Source: Sulfurospirillum sp. (GTDB lineage Bacteria > Campylobacterota > Campylobacteria > Campylobacterales > Sulfurospirillaceae). From it: a DNA stretch of 64,000 bases. A program made the translations under genes and the position numbers. The notes beneath the pieces are model-generated. The model saw nothing but the letters and a program-made list of their open reading frames with translations, ran no database searches and was not told the origin of the DNA. The stretch's first letter is position 1. Each line of letters opens with the position of its first letter. The stretch covers positions 1-64,000 of the forward strand of contig JASFYR010000022.1 of the NCBI GenBank assembly GCA_045047115.1. Direction: 5' to 3'. Shown here piece after piece: positions 19,527 to 29,262 of the stretch.

Positions 19527-20131
19527 TAAGAATTGTAGAATCACAATTTTTGACTTCTGCACAAAGTGTTAAAGATTCTATGCCAGATGATGTTAGTGAG
19601 GTAGTTTTTTTAGGAAGGAGCAATGTCGGTAAAAGCTCCATAATAAATGCTCTAGTGGATAAAAAAGGTCTGGCAAAAAGTTCATCAACACCGGGTAAGA
19701 CAAGACTAATCAATTTTTTTAGTGTAAATTTCATGAAAGACAGAGAGACTTATATAGCCAGATTTGTTGATTTGCCTGGTTTTGGTTATGCAAAAGTTTC
19801 AAAAAGTATGAAAAACGAGTGGCAGAAGAATTTGAGCGATTTTCTAAATAAGAGAAATTCGATAAGACTTTTTGTTCACCTTGTTGATTCTAGGCACAGA
19901 GCATTGCAGATAGATAAAAATGTTGATGATTATCTCTCTTCTTTGCTTAGAGGCGATCAATTGATACTACATATTTTTACAAAAGCAGATAAATTAAACC
20001 AAAAAGAAAGAAGTGCACTAAGGAAGGATTTTCCTGATGCAATGCTCGTTTCAAGTACTAAAAAGAGTGGTATAGATAAAGCTCTTCAAGAGATATTTAA
20101 CTCTCTTTTTGCGGAGGTATCTTGTGGTTGA
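19523..20131 (+). CDS. yihA: Ribosome biogenesis GTPase YihA/EngB
   Basis: GRSNVGKSS, TPGKT, DLPGFG, TKAD. Confidence 0.95.
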   Translation: MIRIVESQFLTSAQSVKDSMPDDVSEVVFLGRSNVGKSSIINALVDKKGLAKSSSTPGKTRLINFFSVNFMKDRETYIARFVDLPGFGYAKVSKSMKNEWQKNLSDFLNKRNSIRLFVHLVDSRHRALQIDKNVDDYLSSLLRGDQLILHIFTKADKLNQKERSALRKDFPDAMLVSSTKKSGIDKALQEIFNSLFAEVSCG

Positions 20132-20582
20132 GTATGTCACTGCAACACTTGAAGATATAGAAAATATGCAACATTTGGTTGCTCCTGAAGTGCAAAGCGG
20201 TGTCATACTTCCTAGAAGTGATGATGAGATAGCTACAAATATCAGATCATATATACTGGCAAAAAAGAGTGGTGAGCTGTTTGGATTTGGTGCTTTGCAT
20301 TTTCATACAAATAAGCTAGGCGAGATAAGAAGTCTTATCGTTTCACCAAAAGCAAGAGGAAATGGTGTAGGTAAAACTATAGTCAAAGAGCTTCTTAAAT
20401 CTGCAAAAGTGTTAAAAGCGGAACAAATTTTTACCTTGACATATAAAAGAGAATTTTTTGAAAAATTAGGTTTTAGTGAAATTCCAAAAGAAGATCTGCC
20501 GGCACATAAGATTTGGGCTGACTGTATAAAATGTAAATTTTTTCCTATATGCGACGAAATAGCACTGATACGCACTATCTAA
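20124..20582 (+). CDS. Short GNAT N-acetyltransferase, ArgA-like (start moved to GTG 20124 after GGAGG)
   Basis: GVILPRS, EIRSL, RGNGVG, KIWADCIKC..FPICDE. Confidence 0.75.
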   Translation: MVEYVTATLEDIENMQHLVAPEVQSGVILPRSDDEIATNIRSYILAKKSGELFGFGALHFHTNKLGEIRSLIVSPKARGNGVGKTIVKELLKSAKVLKAEQIFTLTYKREFFEKLGFSEIPKEDLPAHKIWADCIKCKFFPICDEIALIRTI

Positions 20583-21025
20583 AGTTATCTTTTTTTGCAC
20601 TTTTTTTAGTGTTTCTTCAGATTCTTTCAAACACTTTTTTATTTATGCCCTCTTTTGTGGGAGTTTTTTTTGCATATATAGTTTTGAATGCCAAAAGAGA
20701 GGAAAACTTTTTTTATATTTTGCTTAGTTTTGCCTATCTGAGCTTCTATGAGTTAAATAAGGGATTTTTTCTCTTCTCCTATATTGTGTTATTTATAGTC
20801 TACTATTATCTTTTTGATGAAAAGATTAGAAACTATTTTAAGTGCAAAAATTGTGTTATTTTTTTATATATAGTTGTGGCATATGTGGGAGATTATTTTA
20901 TAAATGCACTTTTTGCCTATGTTTTAAATGAGCAGTTTCCAAATTTTTCATTGGAATATTTTTATTATATAGCTTTTGATTTTATTGTTGCTATTGTTTT
21001 ACTCAGGAGAGATTTTGAAAATTAA
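20549..21025 (+). CDS. Integral membrane protein, MreD-like by position
   Basis: About 5 hydrophobic segments, directly upstream of mrdA. Confidence 0.55.
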   Translation: MRRNSTDTHYLKLSFFALFLVFLQILSNTFLFMPSFVGVFFAYIVLNAKREENFFYILLSFAYLSFYELNKGFFLFSYIVLFIVYYYLFDEKIRNYFKCKNCVIFLYIVVAYVGDYFINALFAYVLNEQFPNFSLEYFYYIAFDFIVAIVLLRRDFEN

Positions 21026-22802
21026 AATTGCTTTATCAATTTTTTTTACGATATGGATTGCGCTTTTGGCAAGGGTCTATTATGTGAGTATCAAATCAAA
21101 CGCATACTATGAAGGACTGGCAAAACAAAATGCGATAAAAACTGAAGATCTAGCACCATTGCGTGGTTCTATTTCAGATATAAACGGTGAGCCTTTGGCA
21201 GTAAACAAATTGGGCTTTTCCATAGGAATAACTCCTGGTTTTAGCTCTCATAAAAATATATATAAACTAAAAAAAGAGTTGAATTTTCTGCACTCTGTTT
21301 TTCCTAAAATGGAAATTTCAAAGCTTAAAAAGCAGTATCTTAAATTTGATTCTCCATATGCCCATAAGTATGTTAGGGTTGTAGATTTTATCTCATATGA
21401 TGACATTATAAAGGAGTTTGCTCTTTTGTCTTTGGACAAAAATTTGCAAATCAAGATTTCATCCAAACGCTACTATCCAAATGGTGATTTGGCATCACAT
21501 CTCATAGGGTATGTGGGCAAATCAAACCTCAAAGAGATGGAAAGTGACAGTGTGGCAAAACTGACAGAATATACAGGCAAAACCGGTATAGAAAAGTACT
21601 ACAACAGAGTCCTTGAGGGTAAAAAAGGTGTCAAAAGAACAAAAGTAACAGCATTCAATAAAGAGATAGGGATTATCAGCAAAAGACTGCCTAGCAGTAA
21701 AAATATTAAATTAACCATAGATATCAGAATGCAAAAATACATTTCCGAGCTTTTTAAGGGGAAAAGTGGAGCTATAGTAGTTATGAATGCAACCAATGGG
21801 GCAGTCTTGGCTGCAGGAAGTTTTCCTGAATATGATCTAAATAATTTTGTAAGTGGCATTAGCCAAAAGGAGTGGAAAATACTATCAAGCGACTTTAATC
21901 ATCCTTTTACCAACAAGCTTACGAGAGGACTTTATCCTCCGGGTTCTACTATCAAAATGGGGGTGGCACTTGCATTTTTAAAATCAGGGCTTATAACTAG
22001 AAAAACAACTTTTTTTGATAGTGGAAGTATAGAGCTTGGAAAAAGAAAGTTTAGGTGCTGGAAAAAAAATGGACACGGCTATGTCAATATGGAAAAGGCG
22101 ATTAGAGAGAGTTGTGATGTATATTTTTATGATGGTAGCTTAAGAGTAGGGATAGATAAGATCTCTCCAGTGCTAAAACAATTGGGTTTTGGACAGAAAA
22201 CAGGTATAGATCTACCTGGAGAATTTATTGGTACTGTTCCGGGACGCGCATGGAAAATGAATAAATACCAACAGCCTTGGTATCAGGGTGAGACTCTCAT
22301 AACATCTATAGGACAAGGATATTTTTTGGTAACTCCTGTACAGATAGCTAGGTATACAGCACTTCTTGCTACAGGATATGGGGTGACTCCTCACTTTATA
22401 AAGAGTGTGGACGGGGTGAATGTGGACTATGGAAAAGAGACAAATATATTCACAAGAAGGGATAAAAGGTATCTGAGGTATATAAGGAAATATATGAGAG
22501 AAGTAACGCATGCTCTTCATGGCACTGCAACTTATCATACTAAAACAAAAGTTGATATTGCCGGAAAAACAGGAACTGCGCAGGTAGTAGGTATCCCACA
22601 GGGAGAAAAAAAGAGGATGAAAGAGAATGAGCTAAAATATTTCAAACGCTCACATGCCTGGCTGACTACATATGGACCTTTTAAGAAACCAAAATATGTA
22701 GTAACAGCTATAGTCGAACATGGTGGGCATGGAGGCTCAGCTGCCGGTGAGATTATATCAAAGATTTATGATAAGCTCTTGAAATTAAAGTATATTAAAT
22801 GA
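21015..22802 (+). CDS. mrdA: Penicillin-binding protein 2 (start moved to TTG 21015 after AGGAG)
   Basis: N-terminal TM, RG.I.D, PPGSTIK (SxxK), SCD, KTGT. Confidence 0.95.
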   Translation: MKIKIALSIFFTIWIALLARVYYVSIKSNAYYEGLAKQNAIKTEDLAPLRGSISDINGEPLAVNKLGFSIGITPGFSSHKNIYKLKKELNFLHSVFPKMEISKLKKQYLKFDSPYAHKYVRVVDFISYDDIIKEFALLSLDKNLQIKISSKRYYPNGDLASHLIGYVGKSNLKEMESDSVAKLTEYTGKTGIEKYYNRVLEGKKGVKRTKVTAFNKEIGIISKRLPSSKNIKLTIDIRMQKYISELFKGKSGAIVVMNATNGAVLAAGSFPEYDLNNFVSGISQKEWKILSSDFNHPFTNKLTRGLYPPGSTIKMGVALAFLKSGLITRKTTFFDSGSIELGKRKFRCWKKNGHGYVNMEKAIRESCDVYFYDGSLRVGIDKISPVLKQLGFGQKTGIDLPGEFIGTVPGRAWKMNKYQQPWYQGETLITSIGQGYFLVTPVQIARYTALLATGYGVTPHFIKSVDGVNVDYGKETNIFTRRDKRYLRYIRKYMREVTHALHGTATYHTKTKVDIAGKTGTAQVVGIPQGEKKRMKENELKYFKRSHAWLTTYGPFKKPKYVVTAIVEHGGHGGSAAGEIISKIYDKLLKLKYIK

Positions 22803-23717
22803 ATGATTTAGCATCAATACAATTATACTAAGCAACACGATACCTCCTGATTTGTTGTAGAGCTTTGTCGCAGTTATATAAACGAGTATGATAGATGAGG
22901 AGAGCATGCATAGCACATCAAAACCGTTTTGAGCCAGATCAACATGCAGAGGATTTACAAGAGCAGATGAGCCTAGTACTACTGCAAAATTTGCCACATT
23001 GCTACCTATTATATTTCCTATAGCCATATCTGTATTGTCTTTTTTCACAGCAATGATACTAACGACAAGCTCTGGCAGGCTTGTTCCAAACGCTATGAGT
23101 AAAAGCGCTATAACCCACTCGCTTATCCCAAAATGTAAAGCAATTTGTGAGGCACTCTGTATGGTGTATTTTGCACCCAAGATAACAAAGATAAAACCGA
23201 TAACTAAAAAAAAAGATGTTTTCCCCCAGGCAAATTTTTCTTTTATAATATCTTCATCTATGGAGCCCAATAAGTTTTTTCTGTCACTATTTAAAAATAG
23301 TAAATATGCAAGCATTAAAATCAACAAAATAGTTCCATCAATCCTACTGATTATACCATCATAAGAGATCAAAAGAAAAAGTACAGGAGGTATCACTATC
23401 CAGACACTGTCATTTTTGTATATATCTCTTTTGGGTTTTAATTTCTTAGAGAGTAGAAATATAACTCCTAGCACCAAAGATATATTAAATGTAACGCTAC
23501 CTAAAACATTTGCAACAGCCATATCTGATTTGCCCTGATAGCTAGCTGTGACTGATGCTGCCATCTCGGGAAGACTTGTACCTAATGCTACAACAGTGGC
23601 ACCTATGATAAATGCCGGTATCTCAAAGTGAAGAGCTATCTTTTCTGATTGGTTGATGATATGGTTAGCTCCATATATAAGGGAGACCATGGATACAACA
23701 AATATTAAATAATCCAT
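22785..23717 (-). CDS. Ca2+/Na+ antiporter (CaCA, YrbG-like)
   Basis: Two GTSLPE alpha-repeats, GS(V/N) motifs; ATG overlaps the ybeY stop. Confidence 0.92.
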   Translation of the reverse strand: MDYLIFVVSMVSLIYGANHIINQSEKIALHFEIPAFIIGATVVALGTSLPEMAASVTASYQGKSDMAVANVLGSVTFNISLVLGVIFLLSKKLKPKRDIYKNDSVWIVIPPVLFLLISYDGIISRIDGTILLILMLAYLLFLNSDRKNLLGSIDEDIIKEKFAWGKTSFFLVIGFIFVILGAKYTIQSASQIALHFGISEWVIALLLIAFGTSLPELVVSIIAVKKDNTDMAIGNIIGSNVANFAVVLGSSALVNPLHVDLAQNGFDVLCMLSSSIILVYITATKLYNKSGGIVLLSIIVLMLNHSFNIL

Positions 23718-24142
23718 CAAACTCTCTCTCTTGTTCTTACTATCAGGCTTTTTGGCAAAGAAAACTGTTTAATTATCTCTTCTTCTTTTTCTCTCATTTC
23801 TCCACTGTCTCTCTCGTGGTCATAACCCAAAAGATGAAGAATTCCATGTATGAAAAGAAGTGCTATCTCCTCGTCTGCAGTGTGAGAGAATTCTTTAGCA
23901 ACTTTGATTACTTTATCCGAGTTTATAACTATACTTCCAAGCGGAGTATGTGGCATCGACTCAAGTGGAAAACTTAAGACATCCGTTGTTGCATCAACTC
24001 CTCTTGAATTTTTATTTAATTTTTTCATATGCAAGCTATCAATTATCAAAAGTTCAATATCTTTTTCTGAGTATTTTTTGGCAATCTTTTGTATGATCGT
24101 ATCATTAAATTCAAAGCTTGTTTCGTTTTGTATTAAAATCAT
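23717..24142 (-). CDS. ybeY: rRNA maturation endoribonuclease YbeY
   Basis: TDVLSFP, HGILHLLGYDH. Confidence 0.96.
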   Translation of the reverse strand: MILIQNETSFEFNDTIIQKIAKKYSEKDIELLIIDSLHMKKLNKNSRGVDATTDVLSFPLESMPHTPLGSIVINSDKVIKVAKEFSHTADEEIALLFIHGILHLLGYDHERDSGEMREKEEEIIKQFSLPKSLIVRTRERV

Positions 24143-25137
24143 CAGAACAGACTCCTGTAAATTCGTTTTTTTGACTCAAACATGCTTTCATAATCAGCTT
24201 TTGCACTAAAGACCAAAATATATCTAAAATTTTTCTCTAACAGACTCTTTAACTCATCGATACTACTGAACAAAAAGATATTTTTATAGTTTGAAAAATA
24301 GTTTCTATATCTTTTTGGTATGCAGGTGATAATCTCTTTTGAAAAGCTGGAGAGGTATTTGATTTCAAAATCCAAAAAATCCATATTTTCCTCAAATATT
24401 ACAGCTTTTTCGCCTTGTCCAAACTCCTTTTTATTTAAATTATGGTCTATAAAAACAGGAGAGAAGTGTCTGCTTAGAGACAAGTTGTGAACATTAAAAT
24501 CCATATTTTTATCTTTTAAAAAATTTATTATTGTGCAGAGTTTTTCTATAAAGATTGTTGGGATTTTTATATCTTGACAAAATTTTTCATTGCAGGTAAA
24601 AGAGGAGTAAAAAGGACTTTTGGATTTGAATTTTTGTATATCGCAGTTTGTATTCAGCCTTTTTGAATCAGGATCTATACTCAAAGCCAATCTCTCATCA
24701 CTGCAGGTATATTTGACATTTTCTCCGGATTTTTTTATCGTTACAAGGGTGTTGTAAACATTTGATGAGAGCTCAATAAACTCGTGATTTTTTGTTATGC
24801 AGTGCAGTATCTCTTGGGATATGTCATCTAGAAAAAGAATCTTACTGTTTTTTCTGTTAAATTCATACCGTGAGAGTTTTATGCAGGCAAGTCTGAGAGA
24901 ATCAACTTCTATCCATGCGATTTCCTGATCTAAAATTTCTGGTATTTTTTCTGATATTATGGCAAATGCGCCATTTTTTAGAGCTGTTTTTTGATCATCT
25001 GTTGAATTATTTATGTCCAGATAGAGGTCGCCTCTTTTTACGCATAGAGGATCAATTTTGATAGATTCTGTTTGAGTGACTGATGGAAAATTTTGTAAAA
25101 TACCATCAGTCAAACGAATTGTATCTTCAATTCTCAT
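24142..25137 (-). CDS. Hypothetical protein with Mur-ligase-like N-terminus
   Basis: Long ORF coupled to metG and ybeY; VKRGDLY...ALKNGAFAIISE resembles the MurE/MurF N-domain; no P-loop seen. Confidence 0.6.
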   Translation of the reverse strand: MRIEDTIRLTDGILQNFPSVTQTESIKIDPLCVKRGDLYLDINNSTDDQKTALKNGAFAIISEKIPEILDQEIAWIEVDSLRLACIKLSRYEFNRKNSKILFLDDISQEILHCITKNHEFIELSSNVYNTLVTIKKSGENVKYTCSDERLALSIDPDSKRLNTNCDIQKFKSKSPFYSSFTCNEKFCQDIKIPTIFIEKLCTIINFLKDKNMDFNVHNLSLSRHFSPVFIDHNLNKKEFGQGEKAVIFEENMDFLDFEIKYLSSFSKEIITCIPKRYRNYFSNYKNIFLFSSIDELKSLLEKNFRYILVFSAKADYESMFESKKRIYRSLF

Positions 25138-27053
25138 CCAACAGAGGAACCGTTGAGTTTTTGTTTTTCAGGCCTTATGAGTGCTAATCCATCTGCATCT
25201 TTTGCAGCCAATAGCATACCTTCGCTGAGCAGTCCCATAATTTTTGCCGGCTTTAGATTTGCAACCACGCAAATTTGAGTGTTAATCAAAGACTCAGGAG
25301 TGTAGTACTCTTTTATACCGGCAACTATCTGCCTTGGTTTCTCTTCGTTTAAATCAACCTGAAGTTTGAGAAGTTTTTTGCTTTTTGGAACTTCCACAGC
25401 TTTGATTACTGTCCCAATTTTTAGTTTAGTTTCAAAAAATTGATCTATGGTGATTAGTGAATCCTCCTGCGTTTCTCTCTCTCTCTTTTCTTTTTTAACA
25501 CTGGGAGCCGGAGTCGATAGAAGTTCGGCTTCTACTTTTGGAAAAAGAGGAGGAACTTTTTGGATAATAAAATCATCTAGAAGTTCGTAATTTTCTATAA
25601 ATCTTTTGTAATTTTCATAAGATATATCAAAGTTCATGGCTTTTGCTATTTTTTGAGTGGTTTTTGGCATAACAGGATTCAGTAAAATTGAGACCCTGGC
25701 CAGAATATTTGCAACCATAGCCACCGTGGCGAAAGCAAAATTGTTTTCACCGTTTTTCATTTTGACCCAAGGCTCATAAAGCGTGATTGATTGATTTGCT
25801 ATAGTGAGTGCCTTCCAAAGTTCTTCTAAATACCTGTTTGTTTGTAAATCATTTAGATTTACTTCTGCAATTTTTAGATGTTCCATTACTGATACAAGCT
25901 CTTTTTTGTGAAAAGATAAAACATCTTTTGAGGATATATTAAAATCACTATATTTGCCACTCATACCGATTATTCTATTTAGCAGATTTCCTAATTCGTT
26001 GCTTAAATCTGAATTTATTCTGTCTATTAGAGCTTTTTGAGAAAAGTCTCCATCTTGTCCGAAAGGAACTTCTCTAAGCATAAAGTATCTAAAATTCTCC
26101 AGTCCATAGGCATCTGCTACCTCTTTTGGATTTACAACATTGCCTTTTGATTTACTCATCTTTTCGCCATTCCTGGTCCACCATCCGTGAGCTGCTACAT
26201 GTTTGGGCATCGGTAGTCCGAGACTCATCAAAAAAGCCGGCCAGTAGATGGCATGAAAACGAAGTATATCTTTACCGACAAGTTGTACAGATGCCGGCCA
26301 GTATTTCATATTTTTTTCATCATTACCGTAGCCTAGAGCAGTTATGTAGTTTAAAAGGGCATCAAGCCATACATACATGACATGTTTGTCATCATTCATA
26401 TCGCCAGGTAGCTTTATACCCCAATCAAAACTTGTTCTAGTGATAGACAGGTCTCTCAAGCCTTGCTTAACGAAACTTATGACTTCGCTTTTTTTGCCTT
26501 TTGGGAGTACGCATTTTTCATCATCACTGTACCATTTTAAAAGTTTTTCCTGATAGTTTGAGAGTCTAAAAAAATAACTCTCTTCTTTGACGATTCTTGT
26601 CTCTTTGCCACAATCCGGACAGAGGTTTTCATCGATGAGCTGAGTATCGGTAAAAAATGTCTCACAACTGACACAGTAATGCCCCTCATACTCGCCTTTA
26701 TATATATCTCCACTATCAAACATAGTCTTGAAAGCTTTTTGAACGCCTGTTTTATGTTCACTGTCTGTTGTTCTTATAAATTTATCATAGCTTATATCAA
26801 ATTCATCCCAGAGTGCTCTGAATTTTCCGCTTATATCATCCGCATACTCTTGAGGAGTTCTGCCTCTAGAGAGTGCAGCTTCTTCTATCTTTTGACCGTG
26901 TTCATCTGTGCCTGTTAAAAAAAAAGTATCATAACCTTTTAATCTATAGTATCTTGCCATAGTATCGGCTATTATAGTCGTATATGCATGTCCTATGTGC
27001 GGAACATCATTTACATAATAAATTGGTGTGGTAACAAAAGCTTTTTCACTCAT
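25134..27053 (-). CDS. metG: Methionine--tRNA ligase
   Basis: TTPIYY, HIGH, Zn knuckle CVSC/CPDC, KMSKS, C-terminal tRNA-binding domain. Confidence 0.97.
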   Translation of the reverse strand: MSEKAFVTTPIYYVNDVPHIGHAYTTIIADTMARYYRLKGYDTFFLTGTDEHGQKIEEAALSRGRTPQEYADDISGKFRALWDEFDISYDKFIRTTDSEHKTGVQKAFKTMFDSGDIYKGEYEGHYCVSCETFFTDTQLIDENLCPDCGKETRIVKEESYFFRLSNYQEKLLKWYSDDEKCVLPKGKKSEVISFVKQGLRDLSITRTSFDWGIKLPGDMNDDKHVMYVWLDALLNYITALGYGNDEKNMKYWPASVQLVGKDILRFHAIYWPAFLMSLGLPMPKHVAAHGWWTRNGEKMSKSKGNVVNPKEVADAYGLENFRYFMLREVPFGQDGDFSQKALIDRINSDLSNELGNLLNRIIGMSGKYSDFNISSKDVLSFHKKELVSVMEHLKIAEVNLNDLQTNRYLEELWKALTIANQSITLYEPWVKMKNGENNFAFATVAMVANILARVSILLNPVMPKTTQKIAKAMNFDISYENYKRFIENYELLDDFIIQKVPPLFPKVEAELLSTPAPSVKKEKRERETQEDSLITIDQFFETKLKIGTVIKAVEVPKSKKLLKLQVDLNEEKPRQIVAGIKEYYTPESLINTQICVVANLKPAKIMGLLSEGMLLAAKDADGLALIRPEKQKLNGSSVG

Positions 27054-27062
27054 TTCTATCCT

Positions 27063-27251
27063 TTAAAATTCAAATCCACCGCTTTGTCCTTTGGACATAC
27101 TTTTATAAACGGCATCTATATACTCTTTTCTGATTTTACAATCAAACAGTTTTTCGCAGTTAAAACAACTCTTAAAATTCAAGTTCTTTTGACACGCTTT
27201 TAGTTTTTTTGTGGCATCTGTCAGATTTTGTTTGTACTTGTCTTCATTCAT
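27063..27251 (-). CDS. Small four-cysteine hypothetical protein
   Basis: Coupled to fbp; C-x8-CxxC-x5-C; ends GGFEF. Confidence 0.7.
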   Translation of the reverse strand: MNEDKYKQNLTDATKKLKACQKNLNFKSCFNCEKLFDCKIRKEYIDAVYKSMSKGQSGGFEF

Positions 27252-28080
27252 TGTGTTTCAAAACCAACTCTATCTCTTTTTTTGAGCCAAAATAACAAGG
27301 TGTTGTATCATGTGGATGAGTTGGAGTCAAATCCAATAATCTTCTTCTCCCGTCTATCGCCTCTCCACCTGCTTTTTCAAATATAAATGCAAAAGGAAAT
27401 ACTTCAAAAACCATTCTTAATTTCCCTTTGGGGTGGTCCGTTGTGCCAGGATATGAAAAAAGCCCCCCGCCTTTTAGAAGTATTTGATGAAGATCAGGAA
27501 CCATACCACCTGAATACCTCAGTCTGTGACCTCTTGAGTAAATCTCTTCAACTAGCTCTACATGTGATTTTGACCAGTTGCAGTGAGTTGCACCTGTAGC
27601 ATTTATGTGCCCCTCATTGTCTAGTTCCAAACTTTTCATAAATACAAAATCACCATTATCGTTAAGCCTGTACATACCGACATCTTCATAGGCTGTAATC
27701 ATCTGTGTAGTGGGACCGTATATAACATATACAGCAGCCACCATATCTTTTCCATCGTAGCCGTTTTTATATATGCCAAAGATTGAGCCCACACTAAAGT
27801 TTACATTTAACAGGCTTGATCCGTCGAGCGGATCATAACCTACCATGTATTTGCCATTGTTATATATGGGAGTTTTTTCCTCTTTTTCTTCGCTGATTAT
27901 CTCTCTTACGCTACTGATTTTTCTAAACTCTTCTTCGATAACCAAATCACTTTTGATGTCTAGCTTTAACTGTACATCGCCTGTGGCATTGATATTTTGT
28001 GAATATTCGGAATCATCATCTTCTATGAGCTTTTTGATTCTGATGGCTGATTTTTTTATAGCATCAAAAATTTCTACCAT
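27244..28080 (-). CDS. fbp: Class I fructose-1,6-bisphosphatase, short Campylobacterota type
   Basis: GDVQLKLD, SEE, DPLDGSS, RYSGGMVPD, KLR..FE. Confidence 0.93.
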   Translation of the reverse strand: MVEIFDAIKKSAIRIKKLIEDDDSEYSQNINATGDVQLKLDIKSDLVIEEEFRKISSVREIISEEKEEKTPIYNNGKYMVGYDPLDGSSLLNVNFSVGSIFGIYKNGYDGKDMVAAVYVIYGPTTQMITAYEDVGMYRLNDNGDFVFMKSLELDNEGHINATGATHCNWSKSHVELVEEIYSRGHRLRYSGGMVPDLHQILLKGGGLFSYPGTTDHPKGKLRMVFEVFPFAFIFEKAGGEAIDGRRRLLDLTPTHPHDTTPCYFGSKKEIELVLKHNE

Positions 28081-28088
28081 TTTCTACC

Positions 28089-28586
28089 TTATTTAACTTT
28101 TTTGGCATTTTTAAATACCCATTTTATTATGGCGTCAGTATCGTTAAGGTTGAGTATCTCTATGCTGTCTGGTATATTGTAAGCACTTAAATCAATACTT
28201 TCATCGATAGCGATTGCATCTGAACAATCAAAATAACTCTCGTCAATTTTGTTTCTAAAAATCGAAACTCTTGGAAGTGGAAGAGTTTTTAGCCCTTCTA
28301 CAATCAATAGGTCAAATTTATCAAAAAGTCTTATAATTTCATCAAGATCTTTTCTTTTTTGTGAAAACATTGTAGTCCTTGTAGGACTAACCACTATAAC
28401 TTCTGCACCGGTTTGTGCAAATTTCCAACTATCTTTTCCATTTTGATCAAATGTAGCCTTATCACCCGGGTCATGCTTTACTATCGCTATTTCGTATGAA
28501 TCCCTTAGTAGATTTGATATTTTTACTATCAAAGAAGTTTTACCACTGTTTGATGGTCCGCTGAAAGCAACTGCTAAATTTTTCAT
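28089..28586 (-). CDS. mobB: Molybdopterin-guanine dinucleotide biosynthesis protein B
   Basis: GPSNSGKT, VKHD, GKDS, VEGLK. Confidence 0.92.
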   Translation of the reverse strand: MKNLAVAFSGPSNSGKTSLIVKISNLLRDSYEIAIVKHDPGDKATFDQNGKDSWKFAQTGAEVIVVSPTRTTMFSQKRKDLDEIIRLFDKFDLLIVEGLKTLPLPRVSIFRNKIDESYFDCSDAIAIDESIDLSAYNIPDSIEILNLNDTDAIIKWVFKNAKKVK

Positions 28587-28614
28587 TTTTTACAACCATT
28601 TTAAATTTTATAGA

Positions 28615-28675
28615 TGACCTTACGCACTATACCTTTTTCTGTTTGTTGAAGATATGATATGGTACGATAAGGTCA
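28615..28675 (-). other. Long imperfect hairpin in the predicted mobB leader
   Basis: TGACCTTA/TAAGGTCA outer stem extended by CGTAC/GTGCG and ATATC/GGTAT with G-U pairs on the minus strand. Confidence 0.5.
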
Positions 28676-28684
28676 GTTGATGAG

Positions 28685-28690
28685 ATTATA
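28685..28690 (-). promoter_or_regulatory. -10 box TATAAT for the mobB-fbp-metG operon
   Basis: Minus strand reads TAGATATAATCTCATCAAC just before the hairpin. Confidence 0.55.
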
Positions 28691-28755
28691 TCTAAAATTT
28701 GTTTAGCTTTTAATGAGTTTGTTTGGAAAAAAAGTTTATAATCATCTAAATTTTT

Positions 28756-29262
28756 ATGGAGATTGAAGTGAAGTATATCGTTTTAACAGTTTTACTCTTT
28801 TTTACATCGTGCTCTTATAAACACGATAGCCTATATATCAGCAGTAAAAAAACTACCGAACAGAGTGTTGCAAATACTAAAAAAACCCAAATCCTCAAAA
28901 ATGGTAAAGTTAAAATTTTTGTAACAGTTACATATCTAAATTCACTCAAAAACCAAAAAATTATAGACAAGAAAAAAGAGCAGTTTATAGTGGGTTTTTA
29001 TTTTGTAAATTTTGGCACAAAAGAGATAAATAAAGTCTTGAACCTAAAAGATGTTAAATTTAGCATAGAAGATGAAACGCATCTAATCAGCGTAAAAAAA
29101 CTAAAACCAAGTAGTCCGATTTTACAGATAATTCCTGCATCAAATCCCTGGAGCCAGTACTTCTTAGTGCAGACTCCAAAGATATCCAAAAACAGTATAA
29201 CTTTTTCTCTAAAAGTAGATTCCTATAAAAAAGCTGTACTGAAGTTTGAAAAAAATTATTAA
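28756..29262 (+). CDS. Hypothetical lipoprotein (start may be GTG 28768)
   Basis: Hydrophobic leader ending FTSC lipobox. Confidence 0.7.
   Translation: MEIEVKYIVLTVLLFFTSCSYKHDSLYISSKKTTEQSVANTKKTQILKNGKVKIFVTVTYLNSLKNQKIIDKKKEQFIVGFYFVNFGTKEINKVLNLKDVKFSIEDETHLISVKKLKPSSPILQIIPASNPWSQYFLVQTPKISKNSITFSLKVDSYKKAVLKFEKNY

Noticed and set aside
28590..28692. Moco riboswitch upstream of mobB
   Set aside because: Single hairpin, too short and lacking the multi-stem GNRA-containing architecture; kept only as an unclassified leader.
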